A DNA stretch of 59,475 nucleotides, counting the filler, from an uncultured bacterium (lineage in GTDB: Bacteria > UBP4 > UBA4092), in the NCBI GenBank assembly GCA_964644695.1. It is 3 parts of 3 records of this genome, joined end to end, with 100 filler letters (N's around TTAATTAATTAA, not from the genome) between each part and the next. Parts side by side here need not be neighbours in the genome. Positions count along the whole stretch, not along the records: positions 1 to 21,537 come from CAZXWN010000021.1; positions 21,638 to 41,674 come from CAZXWN010000022.1; 1 more part is not named here. One strand, 5' to 3'. Below are positions 20,001-29,348 of this stretch, piece after piece. The position numbers and the translations under genes were made by a program. The notes beneath the pieces were generated by a model. It was not told the origin of the DNA, ran no database searches, and was given only the letters and a program-made list of their open reading frames with translations. Each line of letters begins with the position of its first letter. Position 1 is the stretch's first letter.

Positions 20001-21537
20001 TAATAGTGAAACTTTACACGACAGCGACCACTCCCCCGATACAGGAAGTTCAGGGTGTATTGAAACAGGGAGAGTATGAGGCCAGCCTGAATCTGCCGGA
20101 AGGTGAAACAGCTTTGATTCGTGCTTATGCCTGGGACTCCATAAGCCGAACGGATGGAGCAGGCGGTGTCATGATGTCGTTTATAAATCCAGTATTAAAT
20201 ATGGATTATCAGCCGGTATTAAGTGCTCCTGAGATGGGGCAGGTTACACTCCGTCATGATTGGAAGATGCCAGTCAATTCCGCCAAGGTTCGTCTGACAG
20301 TAGGGAAGTCCAGTCAGGATGTTGGATATTCCAATAAGACCTGGAATACCGGGGAACCCTGGACGATTTCCTTTACGGGTCCTGCCAAATCCGGGATTTA
20401 TCCCATGACTCTGAAATTTACAGGTGAGATTAATCAACAGACTTTTACCCTGGAAACAGAAGTGGGTATTGCCATTGGTGCAGACGCAAATAATACATTC
20501 CCTCTGGGAGTTTATCCGGGTGAGATACAGAGCAGGCCAAACCCTGCCGTTCCGGGGGATGCGGTCCGGTTCACTGTTCCTCTTTATCATTATGGGAATA
20601 CGACCCGGGATAATCAGGTATGGCAGTTAAAGGATGCGAGTGGGACTAAGGTCGCAGAAGGCCGGCTGGCACCTCTCCTTCCTTACAGTACGGTGACACT
20701 GACGCCATCCTGGACCGTTCCGGCGACTTTCCTGGCAGATGGGAAGGGTCCGTCAGTTTCGACCCGGTTAACTTTATGGTTGGGTGACCAGTTACAGGGT
20801 GAGATTCCAGTCAAGGTACAGACGGGGCCCCAGTTGGCATTCGTTTCCATGAAATATGAGCCGGAGGCTCCCCAGATGGGTGAGACGATTTATTTCAAGG
20901 TGAAAGTTAAAAATCAGGGAATGACCTCTGGTAGAAATGTCTCACTGGTGGCCTATATGGAACCAAAACTTCCGAATGCTAATGCCTTGTCTAATATTGC
21001 CATGGTACCTAATCCCATGATTTCTGAAATCAAGCCGGGGGAAACCATCGAATCCCGATTACGGTGGGACCCTCCCATTACTGCACTGGGTAATCAGACG
21101 GTTCGAGTCGTGATTAATCCGTATGTGACCGGGAGTGAAGACAGTTCCCGATGGATAAATACCGTTGTGAATATCCGGAAGAATGCCGAACTTATTATTG
21201 TTCCGGGGAGTTTCGAGGTGACTTCCGGGACCCTTCAACCGGGACAGACGGTCGAAGTTAAATTGCAGATTCAAAATATCGGGGATACCAGAGCCATCCC
21301 ATTGTATCCCTGGAGTAACGACCTGCGGTACGACATTGAAGTCAAGTTTTACAGCAGGAATGGTAATGATAAAGACACCGTCATTGGACAACCTGTTTAC
21401 TTTGGACCTTTGAACCCGGGACAAAAGACGGAAGTGACCGCCAATATCCAGTTACCGGATAAAATCCGTGAACTGGTGGTCAAAGTCGATTCGGATAATG
21501 AGGTCCTGGAGATGGACGAGTTTAATAATCAGGCGAA
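17084..21537 (+). CDS. Large secreted C25 (gingipain/PorU-like) cysteine peptidase with C-terminal CARDB/Ig-like domains; 3' truncated by gap
   Basis: Signal peptide; VEDIYDQFSYG, YVVLVGDA, YTGHAG (His), MSCLNGYFD (Cys), LIGDP; CARDB-type VDSDNEVLEMDEFNNQA at the gap. Confidence 0.85.
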
Positions 21538-21637
21538 NNNNNNNNNNNNNNNNNNNNNNNNNNNNNNNNNNNNNNNNNNNNTTAATTAATTAANNNNNNN
21601 NNNNNNNNNNNNNNNNNNNNNNNNNNNNNNNNNNNNN
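21538..21637. other. Artificial contig-joining linker
   Basis: 44 N + TTAATTAATTAA (stops in all six frames) + 44 N. Confidence 0.97.
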
Positions 21638-21682
21638 TGGCTATTACAGGCTTCTAATCCTTCTTTCCGATTTGTACTATAC

Positions 21683-21713
21683 AGGGATGCCGTTTAAACG
21701 GTATCCCTTTTTT
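21683..21713 (+). terminator. Intrinsic terminator
   Basis: AGGGATGCCGTT/AACGGTATCCCT followed by a T tract. Confidence 0.75.
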
Positions 21714-21794
21714 ATTTATGTATGGAAGGGAATGTGGCACTGTCAGGTTTGGTATAATTTCATCAGATATTAACCGTACAAGGAAGGTGTTTTT

Positions 21795-22478
21795 ATGATG
21801 ATTTTTAGAAGTTCAATTCTGAAGGGTATGTTGAGTGTTTTAGCTGCAGGACTGATGGCGGGTGTGGTCTGGTCTGCGGTACCTGAAGTAACTGTGGGTA
21901 AAGCAACCAAGCCCATTAAGCTGGATGGGAAAATCAGTTCTCGTGAATGGAAGAATGCTGCCCGGGTCCAGTTAAGCCACTATACAACTGGAGCTCCGGT
22001 GAGTAATCCCACAGAAGCTCTTTTGATGTGTGACGGTAAAAATTTATATATTGGATTTATCTGTCAGGAAAGTCAGATGGATAAAGTAAAGGATGGTCTC
22101 CGGAATACCAATGGCGCCATTTTCTCTGATGATGTGGTGGAACTGATGCTGGCCCCGGAATCTCACCCCGTCGCCCCGAATTATTACCAGCTTGCTGTGA
22201 CTGTTGCAGGAATATGGTATGTTCGTGATATGAAGGATGAATACCATTTCCCCGATTATGATGTGAAGACCTCTCGTCAGAAAAAGTCTTGGACTGCGGA
22301 GTTTGTACTTCCTCTTAAGAATTTCATGGATAAATCCAAAGCAGGTCAGGACTGGCGTATTAACCTGATGCGCGAAGAACAGCCCTCTCAGGAATTGTCC
22401 TCCTGGAGTAAATCTACAGGCGCCTTCCATGATGTTTCCATTTTCGGCGTCGTAAAGGGAATAAAGCTGAACGAATAA
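21795..22478 (+). CDS. Secreted CBM9-like (carbohydrate-binding family 9/DOMON-like) protein
   Basis: Signal peptide; IKLDGKIS..EW, NLYIGF, DDVVEL, WTAEFVLP, WRINLMR. Confidence 0.78.
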   Translation: MMIFRSSILKGMLSVLAAGLMAGVVWSAVPEVTVGKATKPIKLDGKISSREWKNAARVQLSHYTTGAPVSNPTEALLMCDGKNLYIGFICQESQMDKVKDGLRNTNGAIFSDDVVELMLAPESHPVAPNYYQLAVTVAGIWYVRDMKDEYHFPDYDVKTSRQKKSWTAEFVLPLKNFMDKSKAGQDWRINLMREEQPSQELSSWSKSTGAFHDVSIFGVVKGIKLNE

Positions 22479-22520
22479 GCCTGGATTGTAAACCAGACAG
22501 ACAGTAATAATTGTAACGAT

Positions 22521-22553
22521 GACGGAGTGACTGAGGATGGTCACTCCGTTTTT
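22521..22553 (+). terminator. Intrinsic terminator
   Basis: GACGGAGTGAC/GTCACTCCGTT followed by TTT. Confidence 0.75.
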
Positions 22554-22704
22554 ATATTTTGGTTATTACCGGAAACTAAACTTTGTTTAAATAAGGTTGG
22601 CATACAGTTTCCGGTGGCGTAAACTGGGATAATAGGCAAGGGAAAGAGATAAATAGCAGCGAGATGGGTCACTCCAGAATCATAATAGAAAGGAAATCAA
22701 ATCC

Positions 22705-23706
22705 ATGCAGGTTCATTCAATGGCCGCTTTGGAACGCGGTGCTCAATTGACTCCCTGGCAATACAATACTCCACCACTGGGTCCCTACGATTGTATTATC
22801 AGGGTTCGTTCCTGTGGACTCTGCCACAGTGATATCCACATCATTGATGGGGACTTCCCGGCTCAATATCCGGTTGTTCCCGGGCATGAGGCAGTTGGAG
22901 AGATTATCGAAAAGGGATCCATGGTCAATCATCTGGAGATTGGCCAGAGAGTCGGCGTAGGATGGCAACGATCATCCTGTCTCCAGTGTCCAGACTGTCT
23001 GAAGGGGAATGAGAATCTCTGTTCTCAGGGAACAACTACGGTGATGCACGGGTATGGAGGATTTGGGAATCACCTGTTTATGGACTCCCGGTTTTGTTTT
23101 GCCATCCCTGACGGGATAGATACTGAAGCTGCCGGTCCCCTGTTATGTGCCGGCGTAACGGTTTACTCCGCGCTTCGGAGTGCAGGCATGACATCTGGGC
23201 AGAATATTGGAATCATCGGTGTCGGTGGGTTGGGGCATCTGGCTGTTCAATTTGCCTCCAGACTGGGGAACAGAGTGACCGTATTCACGACCAGTCCGGA
23301 TAAGGCTGAATTCGCCGCCAAGATGGGTGCCCATGAATCAGTGCTCACGGAAAAAGGTGAAAAACCTCACACCAGTCAGCCACAGGATATTATTATCAGT
23401 ACCGTTCCGGCTGATTTAGTATGGTCTGACTATGTGAATTTATTGGGTACCGATGGTACTTTGACTTTTGTTGGAATCGCACCCAAACCCATTTCGATTC
23501 CCATGTTATCCCTGTTGGATAAACGGAGGCGAATTATGGGAAGCCCCATCGGTGGCCGGGCGGTCATGACGAAAATGCTGGAAGTTGCGGATACGTTTGG
23601 GATAGCTCCGGTCATTGAAACCTTCCCAATGAAACAAGCCAATGAAGCCATTCAAAAAGTACGGGATAATACGGTGCGATATCGTGCTGTTTTGACGATG
23701 GATTGA
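22705..23706 (+). CDS. Zn-dependent NAD(P) alcohol dehydrogenase / aldehyde reductase (CAD/Ahr-like)
   Basis: CGLCHSD, GHE, structural Zn Cys cluster, GPLLCAGVTVY, GVGGLGH. Confidence 0.92.
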   Translation: MQVHSMAALERGAQLTPWQYNTPPLGPYDCIIRVRSCGLCHSDIHIIDGDFPAQYPVVPGHEAVGEIIEKGSMVNHLEIGQRVGVGWQRSSCLQCPDCLKGNENLCSQGTTTVMHGYGGFGNHLFMDSRFCFAIPDGIDTEAAGPLLCAGVTVYSALRSAGMTSGQNIGIIGVGGLGHLAVQFASRLGNRVTVFTTSPDKAEFAAKMGAHESVLTEKGEKPHTSQPQDIIISTVPADLVWSDYVNLLGTDGTLTFVGIAPKPISIPMLSLLDKRRRIMGSPIGGRAVMTKMLEVADTFGIAPVIETFPMKQANEAIQKVRDNTVRYRAVLTMD

Positions 23707-23711
23707 ACAAC

Positions 23712-23744
23712 AAAAAAGCCCGGTTCATGAGAGCCGGGCTTTTT
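23712..23744. terminator. Bidirectional terminator
   Basis: AAAAAAGCCCGGTTC/GAGCCGGGCTTTTT between convergent genes. Confidence 0.85.
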
Positions 23745-23761
23745 GATTTCTATGGATTTGA

Positions 23762-24820
23762 TTATGGACGCCAGTCGGTTTTTCCATCACAGGCCATTAC
23801 AAAAGCGGCCAGTAGTTTGGCGGTATTGGTCAAGTCATCCACATGTAATACTTCATTAGGAGTGTGCATATACCGTAAGGGTACGGATACTACACCTGTT
23901 GCAACACCGGCCCGCGCAACCTGGATAGCGACCGCATCCGTCCCGGAGTGGTGAGGCTGTGCTTCCCGCTGATAGGGGATTTTGTTCTTATCAGCGCATT
24001 GAATGAGTTGTTTTTGTACCTTCGGATTGATTTGGGCACCAATACCAATCATGGGACCATCTCCCAGCTTAAAGTCACCTTTTTTCTTTTTATCAGAGGC
24101 TGGATTATCGGTGGCATGACTGACATCCACGGCAATACCGACTTCTGCATCAATTCCATATGAGATGGAACGGCTGCCGGCATAGGTCGTTTCTTCCTGT
24201 GTGGTGGCAACGAAATAAACAGCTGTTTTAAGGTTCTTCCCTTTCAGGAGTTTCATTGTCTCAATGAGGATGTATGCACCCATCTTGTCATCAAAGGCGT
24301 GGGAACTATATACCTTCTCAGATAACTGTTCCATGGTGGAAGCGTAGGTGACAGGATCTCCAACATTTACCCGTTTGAGGGCTTCCTCTTTACTGGCGGC
24401 TCCGATATCGATCCATAAATCATCCAGTTCTACATTCTTTCCCCGTTCTTCCTGTTTCATCAGGTGAATCGCTTTCCGTCCCAACACACCCAGAACGGGG
24501 CCCTTTTCACCATGGACCCAGACTCTCTGTCCGACGACTACGGTAGCATCATGACCGCCGATGGAACCGAAATACAAATATCCATCATCTGTGATGTAAT
24601 GGATCATAAAACCAATCTCATCCACATGGGCGGCGAGCATGATTTTCTGAGCGCCTTTTTCGTTCAAGACTGCAATGGAGTTGCCTAGAACATCTTTATC
24701 TATACGGTCCGCATATTTGGCTGCTTCTTTTCTCCAAACTTCCGCCGCAGGCCATTCAAAGCCGGCCGGACTGGGAGTCTCAATTAACTGTTTTAAAAAA
24801 CCAAGATTATCCTTGCTCAT
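23762..24820 (-). CDS. M42 family aminopeptidase
   Basis: AAHVDEIG, AFDDK, TQEE, AVDVSH, GTDA, RYMHTPNE. Confidence 0.92.
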   Translation of the reverse strand: MSKDNLGFLKQLIETPSPAGFEWPAAEVWRKEAAKYADRIDKDVLGNSIAVLNEKGAQKIMLAAHVDEIGFMIHYITDDGYLYFGSIGGHDATVVVGQRVWVHGEKGPVLGVLGRKAIHLMKQEERGKNVELDDLWIDIGAASKEEALKRVNVGDPVTYASTMEQLSEKVYSSHAFDDKMGAYILIETMKLLKGKNLKTAVYFVATTQEETTYAGSRSISYGIDAEVGIAVDVSHATDNPASDKKKKGDFKLGDGPMIGIGAQINPKVQKQLIQCADKNKIPYQREAQPHHSGTDAVAIQVARAGVATGVVSVPLRYMHTPNEVLHVDDLTNTAKLLAAFVMACDGKTDWRP

Positions 24821-24961
24821 ACAAACTCCTTTTTATAATTAACCTCAGATGATTCAATAGTGATTATTTTATCAATACTGTTACATGATAAGATGATTCT
24901 TCATGTCTGTAAACCAGAAACACAGGCAGACAGCCATATTTATTGGGAGGGACTTTTTAGG

Positions 24962-25471
24962 ATGGATAAAATTGTGGAAATGAAACCGATGCGGTTTGCC
25001 GGAATCCCTGTTCGAGGTGATTATTGGGGTCTTCCAGCAGCATGGCAGAAACTGATTCCATTGGTACATCACAAGGGATTATTTAAACCAGGGACTCAGG
25101 CAATGAGCCTTTTTATGTCCCACAATCAAAATGTACCTATGGAAGACCGTCTGTCGTATGCAGCTATAACCGTGGGTGAAGATTATCAGGCTTCTGATGG
25201 ATTGGAAATCATAGATGTTCCTGGTGGGTTATATGCTGTAACCGTTCATCTGGGTCATCCAGACGGAATTGGAGATACCTGGGACCAGTGGCGGAACAAT
25301 GGCTTTAGCCAACCGGGATATAAATATCAGGAAGGCCGCATCAGTTTTGAATGGTATCAAAACAATCCTCAATTTGTACCTGAGGAACTTCAGGTTGCTT
25401 TATTATGTGACCCGGTACAGAAAATAAACGAGGGCGATATGGATGTCAAGAATTTGCGGGTTTGTCCCTGA
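24962..25471 (+). CDS. GyrI-like small-molecule-binding protein
   Basis: GLYAVTVHLG, FEWYQNNP; ATG 24962 after GGGAGG. Confidence 0.8.
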   Translation: MDKIVEMKPMRFAGIPVRGDYWGLPAAWQKLIPLVHHKGLFKPGTQAMSLFMSHNQNVPMEDRLSYAAITVGEDYQASDGLEIIDVPGGLYAVTVHLGHPDGIGDTWDQWRNNGFSQPGYKYQEGRISFEWYQNNPQFVPEELQVALLCDPVQKINEGDMDVKNLRVCP

Positions 25472-25540
25472 TAACGATAAAATGATAACACCCTGTGGAA
25501 TAATATCATTCTGCAGGGTGTTTTTTAATGAATTAATGAA

Positions 25541-26482
25541 GTGATGGAACACATGATGAATAAATGGTTTATTGGGATGATTCTCATAATAACACTGGGT
25601 TGTTCTTCTCTGGTGCTGGCGCAATCTGAATCATCAACACCTCAGCCGGTGAAAATGTCCTTATTACAAGCGATGGTATTGGGTATTGTAGAGGGAGTGA
25701 CCGAGTATCTGCCCGTCAGCTCCACAGGACATCTTTTACTGACCAATCGGTTGCTGGGCATGGACGCTTCAGCCACTGAGAAGGAAGCCTCAGACGCTTA
25801 TTCCATCTGTATTCAATTCGGTGCAATTCTTGCGGTACTTTGGTTGTATTTCGGCAGAATCAAGACAATGGTTCTGGGTGTTTGTGGCAGGAATGAAAAA
25901 GGATTCAAATTGACGGTGAATGCCGTTGTGGGATTTCTGCCGGCGGCGTTGATTGGTTTCCTGTTCGAAAAGAAAATTAAAGCCTTATTATTTGGGATGT
26001 GGCCCATAGCCTTCTCCTGGCTGGTAGGCGGGATATTGATACTGATAGTGTCTGGATGGATGAGGAAAGACAGTCACTCTCGTTTTGGACTGGAAGAGTT
26101 GACTTGGAAGAGTGCCCTTGTGATTGGATTGATTCAGTGTTTCGCCATGTGGCCTGGTACCAGCCGGTCACTGGTCACAATCCTGGGTGGTGTTTTGATG
26201 GGGCTGAGTTTACCGGCAGCAGTTGAGTTCAGTTTTATTCTTGGGTTAATCACATTATCGGCGGCGACAGTATATGAATCCCTTAAACTGGGGGGTGTCA
26301 TTGTCCAGATGTATGGTGTAGCAATGCCGTTGGTGGGAATGTTATTTGCATTTATTTCGGCGGTGATTGCGGTGAAGTGGATGGTTGGATACCTCAACCG
26401 GCATCCAATGACAGTATTTGGCTGGTATCGGATTGGACTATCGGTACTCGTTGGCGTTTCACTGCTGGCCGGCTGGTTCTAA
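25541..26482 (+). CDS. uppP: Undecaprenyl-diphosphate phosphatase
   Basis: GIVEGVTEYLPVSSTGHL, IQFGAILAV, PGTSRS; exact start uncertain. Confidence 0.93.
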   Translation: MMEHMMNKWFIGMILIITLGCSSLVLAQSESSTPQPVKMSLLQAMVLGIVEGVTEYLPVSSTGHLLLTNRLLGMDASATEKEASDAYSICIQFGAILAVLWLYFGRIKTMVLGVCGRNEKGFKLTVNAVVGFLPAALIGFLFEKKIKALLFGMWPIAFSWLVGGILILIVSGWMRKDSHSRFGLEELTWKSALVIGLIQCFAMWPGTSRSLVTILGGVLMGLSLPAAVEFSFILGLITLSAATVYESLKLGGVIVQMYGVAMPLVGMLFAFISAVIAVKWMVGYLNRHPMTVFGWYRIGLSVLVGVSLLAGWF

Positions 26483-27451
26483 TCAAACCAGCATAATCTT
26501 CCCTTTTCTTCCTGGGCTGTCCGAATGGACAACGGCTTTCTTTACTTCACTTAAAGGATAACTGGAATCCACTTGCAGTTGATTGTTTCCGGATAATAAC
26601 AGGGCCATCACATTAGATCGGGTTTGTTCTTTTTCTTCAGGTGTTAATTTTTTTAACCAGTTCGGCAGGAAAAATCCTTTTAAAGTGATGTTTCTGTAAA
26701 TCACATCCAGATTATGAACCTGGAGAGGATGGGCTCCTAATTGCCCATAAAGAATCAAAATACTATCCGTGTTAAGGCAATCTAATATTTGAACTCCCGT
26801 TGTTCCACCCACAGCATCGACTGCGGCGCGTAGTCCTTTCCCATGGGTCAGTTCCCGAACTTTGCCAATCAGATTATTCTTCTCAATATTGATAACAGCT
26901 TTAGCGCCCAGCCCCAGGAGCGTTTCTTCCCAGCCGTCCCGTCGGACAATATCAATGACTTGAATACCTCGCTGTGCGGCCAGTAGTGTAATTATCCGGC
27001 CTACGGTAGAGTTTCCCGCACTCTGTAATAACCAATCGCCGGGATTGAGTTTTAATGCTTCCAGGAGACCGTAGGCTGTCACTGGATTAATCAATGCCTG
27101 TGCGGCAGTCAGGTCATCTAATTCATCAGGAATATTCATGGTGACAAAATCCGGGACCAGAACATATTCCTGCCAGGTCCCCAGTTGGGTCAAACAAATT
27201 CTTTGTCCGACCGTCAGTGTACTCCCATCACCCACTTGCTCGACTACACCCACACCCTCAAACCCTACATGAGAAGGGAAGGCAGCACGCAATCCGTATC
27301 GGCCCCGGATGTAAAGCAAATCTGCCGGATGAATGGGGCGGGCAGTCATGCGAACTAAGGACTGTCCGGCAGTGACCGTTGGTGGGGATGTTTCGCGTAT
27401 TTCCAATACCTGATTGGGTTCCCCATACATTAAAAATTGAACAGTTTGCAT
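26483..27451 (-). CDS. MDR-family NADPH oxidoreductase (enoyl-reductase/quinone-reductase-like)
   Basis: RPIHPADL, GFEGVG, INPVTAY, LLQSAGNSTVG, GKIML. Confidence 0.85.
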   Translation of the reverse strand: MQTVQFLMYGEPNQVLEIRETSPPTVTAGQSLVRMTARPIHPADLLYIRGRYGLRAAFPSHVGFEGVGVVEQVGDGSTLTVGQRICLTQLGTWQEYVLVPDFVTMNIPDELDDLTAAQALINPVTAYGLLEALKLNPGDWLLQSAGNSTVGRIITLLAAQRGIQVIDIVRRDGWEETLLGLGAKAVINIEKNNLIGKVRELTHGKGLRAAVDAVGGTTGVQILDCLNTDSILILYGQLGAHPLQVHNLDVIYRNITLKGFFLPNWLKKLTPEEKEQTRSNVMALLLSGNNQLQVDSSYPLSEVKKAVVHSDSPGRKGKIMLV

Positions 27452-27582
27452 AACTATCCTCCCTCCCGTTTTCTTACTACAAACAACCTCTCATCCCTGG
27501 AGGCAGTTTTTGAACTGGGCTGACATCTAACCTAAATTTATATTGTCAGAGTATGAAAGTCAAGTTGCTTATGACTGGAGAA

Positions 27583-28221
27583 CTATTTCGTGTGCGGTAT
27601 CGCAGAGAAGGGCTGCAAGTCAAATAGAAATTCAGGGGTTGGGGGTGATGGAGGAGTCTCTAATCCTTTAGCGACTTCATCCCAATGTTGTAATATCTGC
27701 CGCACTTCGAGATAATCTGGAAACTGTTGTGCAACTTGTTTCCAGAACTTAGCTCCATGATTCAAATGCAGGCAGTGACAAACCTCGTGATAAACCAGAT
27801 ATTCCAAAACCCGGTCAGGAAGATTATGGGCTTCACTCCGGAAACTTAATCGGCATTTATCTGTACAGCTGCCCCATCGGCTCCGCATGGACCGAAAACT
27901 GACAGAAGTGATGACAACTTCCAGTTGTTCCGCATATTCCTTCACCAGCTGGAGGACTTTCTGTTGAAATTCCTCAGGAGTTCGTTTCACCGGAAGAAGA
28001 TTTAAGTTTTGTACGCGCTGTTGTAATGCGGTAAGTTTGTGCGACCGTTTATCGGCTTTGGCGGCGGTGTTTTCTATCCATTCACGGTAATCATCATAGA
28101 CTCTTTGCGGGTTTTCTTCAGGAGGCACAACGAGAGTGAAGGAGCCTTCTTGATAGATGACTCCTCGATAAATGTACTTCCGTCTGAATTTTATCCGGTG
28201 CCGAACAATGTTGATTTCCAT
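27583..28221 (-). CDS. YgjP/DUF45 (M48-like) metal-dependent hydrolase
   Basis: MRSRWGSC, YLVYHEVCH..HLNH...FW; start may extend to 28248. Confidence 0.85.
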   Translation of the reverse strand: MEINIVRHRIKFRRKYIYRGVIYQEGSFTLVVPPEENPQRVYDDYREWIENTAAKADKRSHKLTALQQRVQNLNLLPVKRTPEEFQQKVLQLVKEYAEQLEVVITSVSFRSMRSRWGSCTDKCRLSFRSEAHNLPDRVLEYLVYHEVCHCLHLNHGAKFWKQVAQQFPDYLEVRQILQHWDEVAKGLETPPSPPTPEFLFDLQPFSAIPHTK

Positions 28222-28446
28222 GACTTTTTCCCTTGAATTGATAATCATTATCGCAAAGAGTTGGGTAAAAATGATAATTCTCTTAAAACAGGATTTGCAG
28301 TAAAGGGTATAGAAGACTGTATTTAGTGATGTTAGGAAAAATAATAAAAATAATTAAACAGGGGTATGCAAAATGGCCACATTCGTATATAATCCAAAAA
28401 AAGCTGGTACCATCAGCAGTTATGCCAATGCTGAAAGGGAGGTAGC

Positions 28447-29199
28447 ATGCAAGGCTCGCTTGATGAAAACAGGCTCGTGGCCCTCCTTGTCGAAAAAAGG
28501 ATGGTCAGCAAACGCCAAATCCGGGAGGTTCTGGAAGAAAGATCCAGAACTCACAAACCTCTGGATACGGTGTTGCTGGAAATGAAGCTGGTCTCTCCGA
28601 CCCGCCTCAAAGAAATCCAGGCCCAAGTCATGGGCATGGAGTATATTCGGGTTGCGGATAAGACATTGGACCCCCGGATATTAAAGATTCTACCCAAAAG
28701 GTACGCCGCTGAACACCGCGCAATTCCAATCTCTCTGGAGTCTAACATCTTAACCATAGCGATGGAGCATCCTACAGATGTTCGGGCAATCGATGAGATG
28801 AAGATGTTGACGGGATACCAGATCAAAGCGGTGGTGTGTGGTTCCAATGATGTGGATGTTGGATTAAGTGTCTATCCTGAGATGAACGGTGCGGAAAAAG
28901 AAAAAGTACCTGTATCAAAACTAAGGCACACCCTGGAATTCCTCGGATTTATGGCCATGTTGATTATTCCTCTTGGAATCTTGGTTATGACCGCTTCCCG
29001 CATCCCCCAATTTCAAAACTGGTTAGTCGGTAATGGTCTGGATTACAGCAATTCTATTTTTGTCATGATTCTATGGGGTTTTTACGCAATTCTACTTTAT
29101 TATTTATATAACATTTTCTTCAATCGTCCCCCTGAAACTACAGAGGAAGAATATTCCTCCACAGAAAATAAATCTCCAGAATCTGAAAATATGTCCTGA
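28447..29199 (+). CDS. T2SSE_N (MshEN-like) domain protein with two C-terminal TM helices
   Basis: PilB/GspE N-domain pattern (RLVALLVEK..., AAEHRAIPI, LTIAMEHPTD); no ATPase domain. Confidence 0.75.
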   Translation: MQGSLDENRLVALLVEKRMVSKRQIREVLEERSRTHKPLDTVLLEMKLVSPTRLKEIQAQVMGMEYIRVADKTLDPRILKILPKRYAAEHRAIPISLESNILTIAMEHPTDVRAIDEMKMLTGYQIKAVVCGSNDVDVGLSVYPEMNGAEKEKVPVSKLRHTLEFLGFMAMLIIPLGILVMTASRIPQFQNWLVGNGLDYSNSIFVMILWGFYAILLYYLYNIFFNRPPETTEEEYSSTENKSPESENMS

Positions 29200-29240
29200 C
29201 AATTTGTTTAACTGGTTCTGAACTGATAATCCGCAGAATA

Positions 29241-29274
29241 AATACTGGAGTCTCTTGCCCGAGACTCCAGTATT
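29241..29274 (+). terminator. Hairpin / probable terminator
   Basis: AATACTGGAGTCTC/GAGACTCCAGTATT perfect 14-bp stem. Confidence 0.65.
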
Positions 29275-29348
29275 ACTCTTTTCGGGCCCCGATTAATGGT
29301 AAAATCTTAATCTAGATTGACTGAGGATTTCCCAACCGGGAATCAACC

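Noticed and set aside
21538-21637. Palindromic TTAATTAATTAA within N runs, repeated at 41675-41774
   Set aside because: Identical 44N-12-44N layout with stops in six frames: a contig-concatenation linker, not biology. It creates the false stop at 21589.
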